A stretch of 64,000 nt of DNA, taken from positions 744,001 through 808,000 of the forward strand of contig JAUFOR010000002.1 of the NCBI GenBank assembly GCA_040285745.1, read 5' to 3'. The translations under genes were made by a program, and so were the position numbers. The stretch is from Barthelona sp. PCE. Its lineage: Eukaryota. Below the pieces are notes generated by a model. It did no database searches. It saw nothing but the letters and a program-made list of their open reading frames with translations, and was not told the DNA's origin. Below, in pieces: positions 29,802-39,635 of the stretch (its first letter is position 1; each line of letters opens with the position of its first letter).

Positions 29802-31751
29802 CTACATTAAATTCTTTACAAAGTTGTAAACCTCTTCAGGAATGGGTTCTGAAGCTGGCAGGGGGGTAACTTTGGGATTACTGCCAATCAGATCAGTTAA
29901 TGGTGATGCTACAAGGTGGCTTATTGGTGGCGGAGGACCTTCAATATCTGAGTCACTTTCAACATTTGATATTATAGTACTCACAAAACATACATCATCA
30001 TCAAATTCATCGCTGGCATATTCAGTAATATTAAGCGGAGACAATATGTCATCATTCTCATACGCGGGGACGCTGACATGTAGCACATCTTCTCCACCCC
30101 ACATGACACTTCCAAATCTTCTTTTCAGCTGATCAGATTCACTGAGATAATCATCAGGCAGATCCAAGATGTCAAGGTGGTTAAGAGACGCGTAAAACGT
30201 GTCCGGAGGCAAATAAGAAGACATAGAACCGCGAATTTCATCTTCAATAGTTAGCTTGAGCTTCATTACACATTTTTCATTACTGGCACTGCATGTTTCT
30301 TCCACTAATGTTTTATAGCTGAAGGGAATGCAAAATCCATAGTTATGCTGATATATCGACTCACAAAGCATCATAAAAATGGGCAAACTCTCCAAGCACT
30401 CTAGATCCTGTAAAAAGTCAAATGAAGGGCTGGGGATCATTGTAAAAAGTTTATGGAGGGGAGTCAGGATTTCCAGAAGTATGGAAAGGCCATTCGGAGG
30501 TCGTTCAACATCATCAATCTCATCAGCTTCATCGAATACTCTAAGAAATCCGTCAAATGTGTTAATACTAAATGTTTCTGCCTCTTTATACAGCGGAACT
30601 ACGTCCAGCAGATTGCGTGCGATACATGAAGGGTCGACATTGGCCATATCAAACAAAACATCAGGATCTTCCGTTCTGAAATCGCGTGCCAGATTTTGAT
30701 CAACACTTATCCGGTCCATCATGTTCTGCTCCAACTCAACTTCCATCGTTTCCCATTCTTTACGAATATCTTCGTCTTCTTCTGTAAGTTCAACCTTACT
30801 AATACGACTTTCCAACGTTGGCATATCATCATCAAGCAAACTATGCACGAATATTTGTTTTTTATACTTTGACACATCCAACAGGCTTGGATGATTCTCC
30901 TTTTCATTGCGACAGTAGTGATAGATAGTGTTATCTAAAGAACAACGGTAAACAGGACAAGCTCTACCACAAATCTTTTTTGTTTTTTGACCACCAAAAA
31001 TACCGTTAACGGGGTTTAAAGAAAGATTAGCGATATTATTAATATTAAAAACAGTCTTCAGATCATATCTTTTGGAACTTAAAATGTTGTGAAAATCTTT
31101 AGAGTGTCTCTTTAAAAATTCAAAGTTCTTGTCAATACTGAAGAGGTCAAACAGATTAAGATAAGTATTATCTTTTAAATTGTGTAGAGCGAGGATGCTT
31201 TTCTTGTTTTCCGTATCTGTGCCCATTATCAGTACACTGTCCTTACATCTGATGTGTACGTGGTTGCCTCTTCGATATATGTCAAAGACAGTCTGTTTCT
31301 CTTCACCCGGTAACATTCCGTTTTTAAGTGGGGTACGGAACTCACGATATCCCTTCTTTGGGAAGTATAAGCGCTTTGTAATGCGCATGTTGACGTTGTC
31401 CACTGGGATTACGTTCATCAAATGCGGAAGAAATGCGCTAAAACGGTCAACCAAGTTTTGGTTGTATAAACAGGCTGCAACTTGGAAAAGCCGTATGTTT
31501 GGTACGTACTTTGTGGCGAGGGCTTCTTGGTAAGGGTTAAAACCATCAGATGAAGAATATTTGAAACAATCATAGCCTCTTGAAAGAAGTTCAGCGCCAG
31601 CGTTCAGCGCTCGCAGGCGTACTGCCAATGTGAGCGGATCAATACCAAAAGATTTCTCCTCTGTTTGCGGAGAAACACCAGCCAGAAAAAGCCTTGCAAT
31701 TTCTTCGGCTTGGTCGTCACAGATTGCATTATAAAAGAGCTTGCTATTCAT
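29802..31751 (-). CDS. Ankyrin-repeat protein, ANKRD13-like
   Basis: 'DPLTLAVRLR..AGAELLSRG' and 'GFNPYQEALAT' resemble the N-terminal ankyrin repeats of ANKRD13. Confidence 0.5.
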   Translation of the reverse strand: MNSKLFYNAICDDQAEEIARLFLAGVSPQTEEKSFGIDPLTLAVRLRALNAGAELLSRGYDCFKYSSSDGFNPYQEALATKYVPNIRLFQVAACLYNQNLVDRFSAFLPHLMNVIPVDNVNMRITKRLYFPKKGYREFRTPLKNGMLPGEEKQTVFDIYRRGNHVHIRCKDSVLIMGTDTENKKSILALHNLKDNTYLNLFDLFSIDKNFEFLKRHSKDFHNILSSKRYDLKTVFNINNIANLSLNPVNGIFGGQKTKKICGRACPVYRCSLDNTIYHYCRNEKENHPSLLDVSKYKKQIFVHSLLDDDMPTLESRISKVELTEEDEDIRKEWETMEVELEQNMMDRISVDQNLARDFRTEDPDVLFDMANVDPSCIARNLLDVVPLYKEAETFSINTFDGFLRVFDEADEIDDVERPPNGLSILLEILTPLHKLFTMIPSPSFDFLQDLECLESLPIFMMLCESIYQHNYGFCIPFSYKTLVEETCSASNEKCVMKLKLTIEDEIRGSMSSYLPPDTFYASLNHLDILDLPDDYLSESDQLKRRFGSVMWGGEDVLHVSVPAYENDDILSPLNITEYASDEFDDDVCFVSTIISNVESDSDIEGPPPPISHLVASPLTDLIGSNPKVTPLPASEPIPEEVYNFVKNLM

Positions 31752-32196
31752 TGTATGTTTGTTTAGGTATGCATTTGAGAAAAGAATATAAGAAAAATAA
31801 CAGAGTCATTTTGCAATTTATGCTTAGTCCTTCTCTGTAGGAAACATAATTGAGTATTTTACACAACAATAACATGAAATATAGCACGAAAAACTAATAT
31901 GATGTACCTTCTTCATATTTACAGGTTTAACGACAGCTTCATCGTTGTAACTTTTTATTGACAGCAAACTCTGCTTCAAAGAATTTACAAAAAATTGAAT
32001 AACGTGACAAACCTGAAACAATTGGTTGGTATATCTTTAGATAGATATATATAGCTTAAGTGTTTTTCCTCCTCAATAATGTGTGAATTTATGATGTGAA
32101 GTTACCTCAAAAGCATAATATATTGCTGAACAATTTTGTCTTTCATTTTCTTCAATAATATGATATCTGCTGATGCATGTGGATTAAAACACATCC

Positions 32197-32263
32197 GTGA
32201 TGACAATGCGAATGTATAAAACAGAAGGAAATCTCACAAAACAGAATCGATTGCCCTGCCTGA
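32197..32263 (+). ncRNA. Candidate box C/D snoRNA
   Basis: Exact box C GTGATGA (32197-32203) and box D CTGA (32260-32263), 67 nt overall, in intergenic DNA. The D-guide contains TTGCCCT, antisense to the conserved SSU rRNA AGGGCAA. Confidence 0.5.
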
Positions 32264-32411
32264 AAATGTATTGAACTAATTCAAGATAGCTGCCTTTATA
32301 AGTACGGAATATTCATTCAAAGCTGCTCATTTCAATACAAAGCTGTAAAGTATTCATTGAGATGCAATCACCTATTTCTTCTCTTTCGAAAGTTTTTGTG
32401 TATATTCTAAA

Positions 32412-32912
32412 ATGGTATGTGTTGTGAAATGGAACCAAATGTACACCTAGCACGTATAATTTGTTTGTTCTAGTTTTTTACGATGTTTTTTTTCAGCTAA
32501 CTCTCAGACTGGTATCCCTGTTGACAACGAATGTGTTTCCTCCTTCACTAGCATGAAGATGCAAAGAACTAACAAGTTCATTACCTTCAAGATTGCTGAT
32601 GATCAATCAGCTATTGTTACTGATGTTATGGGAGGCCCCGACGCTACCCATGAGGATTTCATCAACGCTCTCCCCATGAACGAGGCTCGTTACGCTGTGT
32701 ACCACCTTAACTACGAGACCAAGGATGGTTTGCCCGCTTCAAAGCATATCTTTATCATCTGGACCGGTCCCAGCACCAAGCTCCGCAACAGAGTTATTTA
32801 CACCGCTTCTAAGGAGGCTATCAAGAATGCTATCGAAATTGAGCGTGAGATTCAAGCCACTGATATTGATGCAATCCAATACGAAAGTATTGTTGCCACT
32901 ATCCGTCGTTAA
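32412..32912 (+). CDS. Cofilin/actin-depolymerising factor; exons 32412-32414 (ATG) + 32508-32912
   Basis: Spliced 'MTGIPVDNECVSSFTSMKM..KFITFKI', 'EARYAVY', 'KHIFIIW', 'IYTASKEAIK' and 'EIQATD'. Confidence 0.92.
32415..32507 (+). other. Spliceosomal intron (93 nt) immediately after the cofilin ATG
   Basis: ATG|GTATGT...GCTAACTCTCAG|ACT, in frame. Confidence 0.88.
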
Positions 32913-33096
32913 GTGTGTGATTGTACTGTAAAACATTGATTCGCTGAATATTTTTGTACTTTACTAAAGACAAGGTTTGTGGATTAAAATGTAGATAATT
33001 CTGCGTTAGTTACCATTTGTCCCAGCTTTTCCACATTTATATTACTCTAAGTTCATTTAAAAGGTGTATTCTTTTATAGTTTCTCTTTCACGTATA

Positions 33097-34026
33097 ATGA
33101 ATCTTCAAAGTCTATTATCGGGGTTTGGCGGCCGAAATGCCGTCGCAAAAAAAAGACCAGACACTGCAGAAACCGTATATGTCAGCAGTTTGGCTCTGTT
33201 GAAAATGCTCAAGCACGGAAGAGCTGGTATTCCTCTAGAGGTAATGGGACTCATGCTGGGAAAGTTTGTTGACGCTTACACTGTTGTTGTAGATGATGTT
33301 TTTGCAATGCCTCAACAAGCAACCGGTCAAAGTGTTACAGATGTAGATCCTGTCTTCCAAAAGGAGATGACGGACCTCCTCAACCGTATTGGACGCAAAG
33401 AGAACGTTGTAGGCTGGTATCATAGTCACCCTGGTTTTGGTCCTTTTCTCTCACATCTTGATCAAATGACACAAGGCGCCATGGAAAAGCTGGAGTCGCG
33501 CAGTGTAGCTGTTGTTGTTGATCCTATTCAATCAGTAAGAGGTAAGGTTGTTATAGATGCTTTCCGTGTTATAGGTGATCCAACTAATCCCTTCTCAAGT
33601 ATATCTTCTGAGTTACCACGCGAGACAACCAGCAACATAGGCCATTTAAAGAAGCCTAATATGGCAGCACTCATTAGAGGATTAAACAAGAATTATTACA
33701 GCCTTAATATTGAGAATAGAAAGACTGAAGAAGATATTAACATGTTTCTCTCTTTAGATAACACCAAGAGAACCAGTTCACTTAACGTTGAACATTATCA
33801 AGATTTTCAGCCTAATCTTCTTAATAATGCACGTGATTTAATTAAAATGACACAAGACTTTAAGGACATGATTGATAAGAGATGTGAGGAGGAAGAACTG
33901 AAACCATATAAACCAAAAATTGGTAAGATTGATCCAAAAAGACATTTAAGAAGTAATACTGATGAGCAAATTGTTAAGGAATTGAATCAGACAATCGGTG
34001 CATTCCTTAATGCTACACTTTTTTAA
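33097..34026 (+). CDS. RPN11: 26S proteasome deubiquitinase Rpn11 (JAMM)
   Basis: 'PDTAETVYVSSLALLKMLKHGRAGIPLEVMGLMLG', 'GWYHSHPGFG..LS..D' and 'VDPIQSVRGKVVIDAFR'. ATG at 33097. Confidence 0.95.
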   Translation: MNLQSLLSGFGGRNAVAKKRPDTAETVYVSSLALLKMLKHGRAGIPLEVMGLMLGKFVDAYTVVVDDVFAMPQQATGQSVTDVDPVFQKEMTDLLNRIGRKENVVGWYHSHPGFGPFLSHLDQMTQGAMEKLESRSVAVVVDPIQSVRGKVVIDAFRVIGDPTNPFSSISSELPRETTSNIGHLKKPNMAALIRGLNKNYYSLNIENRKTEEDINMFLSLDNTKRTSSLNVEHYQDFQPNLLNNARDLIKMTQDFKDMIDKRCEEEELKPYKPKIGKIDPKRHLRSNTDEQIVKELNQTIGAFLNATLF

Positions 34027-34076
34027 TTGTGCAATAAATATGATTATGTTTATTTTTTATCGTTCTCTTTCACAAA

Positions 34077-35930
34077 ATACCTCGTCAAAAATTGTGTGCA
34101 GGCCGTAGTTGTTCATATGAGCATTTTAGGGGCTTATTATTTGTGTATCACAATGAAGAACAGAATAATGCAGATAACCTCTGCTTTACATTGAATGATG
34201 ACGGAATAAGAACTCAAGGAGATGCTTTAATGAACGTTTCATTGGAACAGAACCTGTTTTATACCTTTAAATGTTGTCGTATTAAGAGAGCTGGACGAAG
34301 TCATACATTTGTTGACTTATCTCTGTTTAGATTGTGTAATGGTGGGTTTTCTGAGGTGAGCAGGAACAAGATTGATTCTGTTTCATGTCCTCTTTGTCTC
34401 ATTAATACAAATTATGTTTTGTGCGTTAACAGATTAAGCAAATATGTAATGCTCAATCTTTATAACCACACTCAGCATCAGGTCACCGATGATGTTGCTT
34501 ATTGTCTCAGATACAAACATGTTATCCATAAAAACAAACTTTACACTATTAACGACTGCAATGAAATACAGCATGTTTTGATTGTTCCGCAAAATGGAGA
34601 GGAGCCGTATTTCAGCCTGGAGCACCCAATGTACAACGTCACTTACACATATATAAATGTAACTCCAGGTAATCAGCACATAGTTTTATACCATAGTGAG
34701 CAGTTTCTGACTTGTGACTCTGTAGATGGTGAGTTGGTGTATATTACTTTGGAATATAAAGTACCAGACGTGGATAGTGTGAGATTACGGAGAATTATTA
34801 ACATTGGGAATGAAGTATATGTCTTGGCAAGATTTCCTGGTTTTTTAAATTTTTATGATAAACATGGAGCTTGCTATGTCGATATATCGAGTGTTTCTAC
34901 AAAGAGAATGATTTGTAACGAGGAAGGGAAGATTATTTGTTATAACAAGGGCGCTTATCACACATTACATCCCATTATTAAACGGTGCATGTTTACTTTA
35001 TCTGACAAGGTCGATATCACAGCGGTAATGCCACTTTCTGTACCAAGAATCAAGATTTCAACATTGGTTAGCATGAATATATTTTGGTATAATGATGATC
35101 AGCCAGTTTTACATTACAATTATTTGTGTTTTACGAGGTCTTTTTTCGACAACTTGTCACATAGATGGCGCATGGCGTTCCTTATAAGACATGCAGGACA
35201 GCAATTAGTTTTTGTAGCGGATGATCACCAGATTAAACATCGCATCAATCTCAAGTGGACGAAAGTCATTACATTCAATGATCGACACTATGTTACTTAT
35301 GATGAAGAAAGAAGGTTGCTTACAATCAATGATGGTGAGTCGCATGAACTGCAGAGCAATTTGTGCTCTGCTGTAGTTTGTAACGATGTTTTGTGGTATT
35401 CCAGTGGTTCCATCATCACAATGTTGACATTAGATGCAGATGGAAGGATGATAGACAATTTCTCTTTGGATTTGGAGAAAAAGACTTTGAAAGTTGTTGT
35501 GAACGAATATGATAATTCCCAAGTTCTGGTTACAATTTTTCAAGACAGACCAGTACTTGTACGTTTCAGTAATTCGAGTATGGAGTATATTACTTTGGAC
35601 GTTGGCGAGTATGATACAAATAGCTGCCAGATAACTTTTATTGATAGTGGTGTTTTGAAAATATGCGACTCAGTTTATGTGATCGATTCTGACATGAATG
35701 TGTGCTCAATGAAGATACGCAGCAGGGTGAATGACAGTAACAGATTGGATTTTTCTCCTAAAAAAGGTGTTTTAAGGCTTTTAGATAGAACTATATCTGA
35801 TTTCATTTTGGGAATTGAAGGTTTTACGTTCATACGTGATTATGCCGATTATATCATCTCAGATGAAAGTATTTCTTTTTGTTCTTTATTGGATACTGCT
35901 GAAATAGTGATTTTTGATCATTTTAAATGA
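34077..35930 (+). CDS. Hypothetical beta-rich protein ('MPR' orphan family); putative ATA start (first in-frame ATG at 34230)
   Basis: ORF of more than 600 codons; TTTCACAAA-ATA CCT CGT reads [I]PR. Confidence 0.6.
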   Translation: MPRQKLCAGRSCSYEHFRGLLFVYHNEEQNNADNLCFTLNDDGIRTQGDALMNVSLEQNLFYTFKCCRIKRAGRSHTFVDLSLFRLCNGGFSEVSRNKIDSVSCPLCLINTNYVLCVNRLSKYVMLNLYNHTQHQVTDDVAYCLRYKHVIHKNKLYTINDCNEIQHVLIVPQNGEEPYFSLEHPMYNVTYTYINVTPGNQHIVLYHSEQFLTCDSVDGELVYITLEYKVPDVDSVRLRRIINIGNEVYVLARFPGFLNFYDKHGACYVDISSVSTKRMICNEEGKIICYNKGAYHTLHPIIKRCMFTLSDKVDITAVMPLSVPRIKISTLVSMNIFWYNDDQPVLHYNYLCFTRSFFDNLSHRWRMAFLIRHAGQQLVFVADDHQIKHRINLKWTKVITFNDRHYVTYDEERRLLTINDGESHELQSNLCSAVVCNDVLWYSSGSIITMLTLDADGRMIDNFSLDLEKKTLKVVVNEYDNSQVLVTIFQDRPVLVRFSNSSMEYITLDVGEYDTNSCQITFIDSGVLKICDSVYVIDSDMNVCSMKIRSRVNDSNRLDFSPKKGVLRLLDRTISDFILGIEGFTFIRDYADYIISDESISFCSLLDTAEIVIFDHFK

Positions 35931-36343
35931 TGAGAACATGTGGTAAGAGATTCAGTGGGATTTAAGTACCAATAACAGTACGTCATATTCAATTTGATCA
36001 ACTATTCACGGTGAATAACATGATATAAAATGCAAAATTAACGTATTTACTCTGAACGCTGATTTACAACTATTTCGAAACCTTTTTGTCAAAATGTAAA
36101 AGACATTATGTTTGAAGAATATCTCATGTTTGATATATTAAGCCATATGGTTGTTCATTTACTTGAAAAGCATCAATAAATATTGGATCACCTTTAAACT
36201 ACATATTCAGAGAAAATAGAGTGGTTTTATTAACGTTTTATGGGTTAAAGAATGGTTATTTGTCAGTAACAAATGTTTATAAAACCAAAAGAGCCTTTAA
36301 AAAAATATTACGCTTTTTTTTCCCATTTCACAGCATAAGTTCA

Positions 36344-39300
36344 ATGGAAGCACACGTAGTTGCTCTATTGGAGGAGACATTCACGGAGAACGTTCAGGTG
36401 GCTGCCCAAAGCCTTAAAGAAGTATGTATCATTGCTATTATTACTGCTCTTGTTGTTGTTGCTTTTGTTAGCACAGCTCAGGATATTCTTGCAGTAGCAC
36501 AAGCTGATTCCAACACAAGTTGATTCTCACATTTAGTTGCGTGAAGAGGAAGACTTTATTCCTGCACTTTTGCAAATTATATCGGGTGAGTATGATGTCG
36601 ATATTCGTAAACAGGCATCGGTACAACTGAAAAACTTCATACTTCATTCATGGGATGGTGCATCAGCTGAAATGATTTCAGATGAGAATAGGGAGTTTGT
36701 TCTAGAGAACATTGTGGGCTGCTTCATCAATACCCCACACAGCGTTCGTAAGATCTTACGTAAACCCATCGAACGTATTGCACAGATCAGTTTTCCCACT
36801 GACTGGTATCCAATGGAGCCTATCCTTGAAGGATTTTCCAGTGGTGACATTGACATCATCAGTGGCTGTGCGTACTGCATCCGTGTCTTCTTTAAGGTTT
36901 TTGAATGGAGACATGGTGCAAGAAAAGCAATCATCAGTGAGAAAGTTCTCCCTGACACTTTTGATCACATAATAGGAATCAGCCAGAGCATCGTTGAGAT
37001 GTTTGAGGACGAAGAGATGGATTGTGAGAGTGAGATGTTCTTTATCATGCACCAATTAGTGAAGAGTCTTTATTCATTAAACCGAACAATTGTTCTGCCT
37101 TTTTTCTATGAGTCTGATAACATGACAAATCTGTTTTCCGTTCTTGGAGAAGTTCTAACCGCAAATGTCGCACAACCCACAAAGAAACATGCGCGTTTAG
37201 AGAAAGTTCCTGGATTTGACATGAAGAAATGGGCACTACGTCTTGTTGCTCGCTTTAGTTTCTTCTTTGCCGCTGATCAGAAATTTGAAAACGAAGATGC
37301 CATCTATGCTCACGATCACTTTTTGGAAAATTTTATGGGTCCTTCCCTTGAGCTCGCTATTGGTTTACTAAAGCTAAGTCTTCCGTACTACACTGGAGAT
37401 GACTCGTTTATTATGAACGAAAAGATTATTGGTATAGCAATTCGTATACTTCAAAACGCCACTGGTCCATCAAGTACATGGCAGTTTATTATTCCGCATT
37501 TGGAGGATATCGTCAACGAGGGCCTCATCCCGATCTTCTCCTGGAATCAAAAGAAGCAGGAGTTGTATGAGGAAGAGCCAACAGCGCTTATGAATTCTAC
37601 AGAATCTTTCTTGAGAAATTACGAAGATCCAGTTACTAATTGTATTGCATTCTCATACCACATGGCAAAAACACGCACATCTCGAGTGATTCCGCTTTTC
37701 TTTTCTGAAGTGTTTGATGTAGGATTCTCTGAAGAAGTCTGTACTTCAGCTGAAAGTGCTGCTATGAAGTACGGTGCAATCCAGCTCATCACTAGCATCG
37801 CTCAACTCATCAACGGTGGAAATATCGACTTTAACGTGCGTGATTCGTTCATCCAGTACGTATTGTCCGAAGCCGATAACAATGATTACCCATATCTCAA
37901 GATATCAGTCTGTGAGTACATTCAGAACTTTGTCGGAAACGACATGTGGGACGATGACGATGAGCTGGTTGCACATGCTACCAACACAATCATTGAGTTC
38001 TTGGACGTTGAGAACGATGCCGTTATTGCATACACGTCGATCGGCATAAGAACCCTCATGGGATTCGAAGCCGGTCTTGCAGCTGTTGGAGAGCGCCTAC
38101 AGTATGTTTTAGACCGACTCTTCAGCCTGACAATGGAGACTCGTATGACGGAAACCGTAGGGTTACTTGGGTTGGTCATTCAGAAGTTCCCCGAGGAGTG
38201 TTCCATTCACGCTTTTGATATGATGCGTGGTCTTGTCGAGCACTGGATTGATTTCTTCCCTGAAAATACAACAAAGTTGTCAACATCTGAGGTCGACGAG
38301 TTTATCACCCTTGCTATGACATCCCTTAACACAATGAACCAATTACTGTACGCTATCCCTGAGGACAGTGTCATCTTCGAGAACGAGGAATTCATCGAGC
38401 TCATAATGAGTGTTTTGCAGAACTGCTTTGATTGTGGATTGATCTACTCCGAATTCATGGAGCCTGCATCTATCATGCTCTGCTCTCTTACATACAGTTG
38501 TCCCAAGCCTCTTCCTGAGTGCATCTGGGATCGCGTCCCCGACCTTTTAGAAATCCTCGAGGCATCGCCCGTTGATCACTTCAAGGCTTTCATGCCATGT
38601 CTCGACAACCTTGTTGCAAACGGCGCTGAAGTCTGGCGTGAATCCCCTGAATACACTGAGAAAGTCATTGAAATTTCGCTTAACCTTATTAAGTGTCCAG
38701 AATACGACTTCAGTGATGTTATTGGTGCAAGTCAGGCCATCGAGAACATGTTCTTCTACATGATCGAGCACATGGACGAAGACGTCTTTACCCAAATTGC
38801 ACTGGCTCTTTGCGGTCGTCTCACAAACACTTTCTTCAACGATGAGGGTGAGCCCATTATCGTGTGTACTGAAGACGAGTATGAGGAACTCGATGAGGAA
38901 GAACGTGAGGAGGCCCAGATCATGTACTACAGCCAGACCCTTATCATGTGTGTTTTCGCTGCAATCCATATTGGATTAGTTCAGAACCCAAGTGAGTTTG
39001 TTAATTGTATGATCAAGAACGAGTGCTTTGAGGATTACCTGGGCGCTCTAGTCAACGATTTCGTTAAAATGCCGCATAGGTTCCATGATCTTCGTGCTTT
39101 CGTCTACGCATGGGGTACTCTCCTTTGCGATGAAGATGTAGTTGACATGTTGCCCACTGAGATCATTACCCCTATTGTTTCTATGCTTCTGGAACACACT
39201 CACACCTTTTTGTTATGTCAGCACGATAATAACATCGACCCCTTTACTTTGTTGCTTGATAGCACGAACAAGACTCATAAACAGGAGAGAGCGGTCAAGA

Positions 39301-39635
39301 CACAAGCCATGATCCAGACTACAAGCGGAAACAGCGAAGATTTCGACGTTGATGATGATGAAGACGTGGATAATACACTGACTCAGGTAGCTATGCGTTA
39401 CTTTACAACAAAAACTTCTGTATCAGCTGTCTTATTCGATCTTCGTCAGTTAGAAGACGATGAAATCGAAACACCTATTGATGAGATTCATCCGTTAGCT
39501 GTCTTACATAATCTTTATGAATCATGGGGAGAATTTGAGACCGTTGTTGGTTCTCTTGATGATGAAATGGTTAACATTTGGAACACACTCAAGGAAGCTG
39601 AGATCCCTGAATTAGATGAAGATGAAGAAGATTAA
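36344..39635 (+). CDS. Importin-beta family karyopherin (importin-7/8-like); exons 36344-36421 + 36537-39635
   Basis: IBN_N 'DIRKQASVQLKNFILHSW', 'SFPTDW', 'MKKWALRLVARF', HEAT repeats and an acidic C-terminal loop. Confidence 0.8.
36422..36536 (+). other. Spliceosomal intron (115 nt, phase 0) in importin
   Basis: GAA|GTATGT...TCTCACATTTAG|TTG; contains the in-frame stop that splits the ORF track. Confidence 0.88.

Noticed and set aside
36221..36523. Separate 100-aa membrane protein ORF
   Set aside because: It is importin exon 1 read through into the intron; the hydrophobic stretch is intronic.
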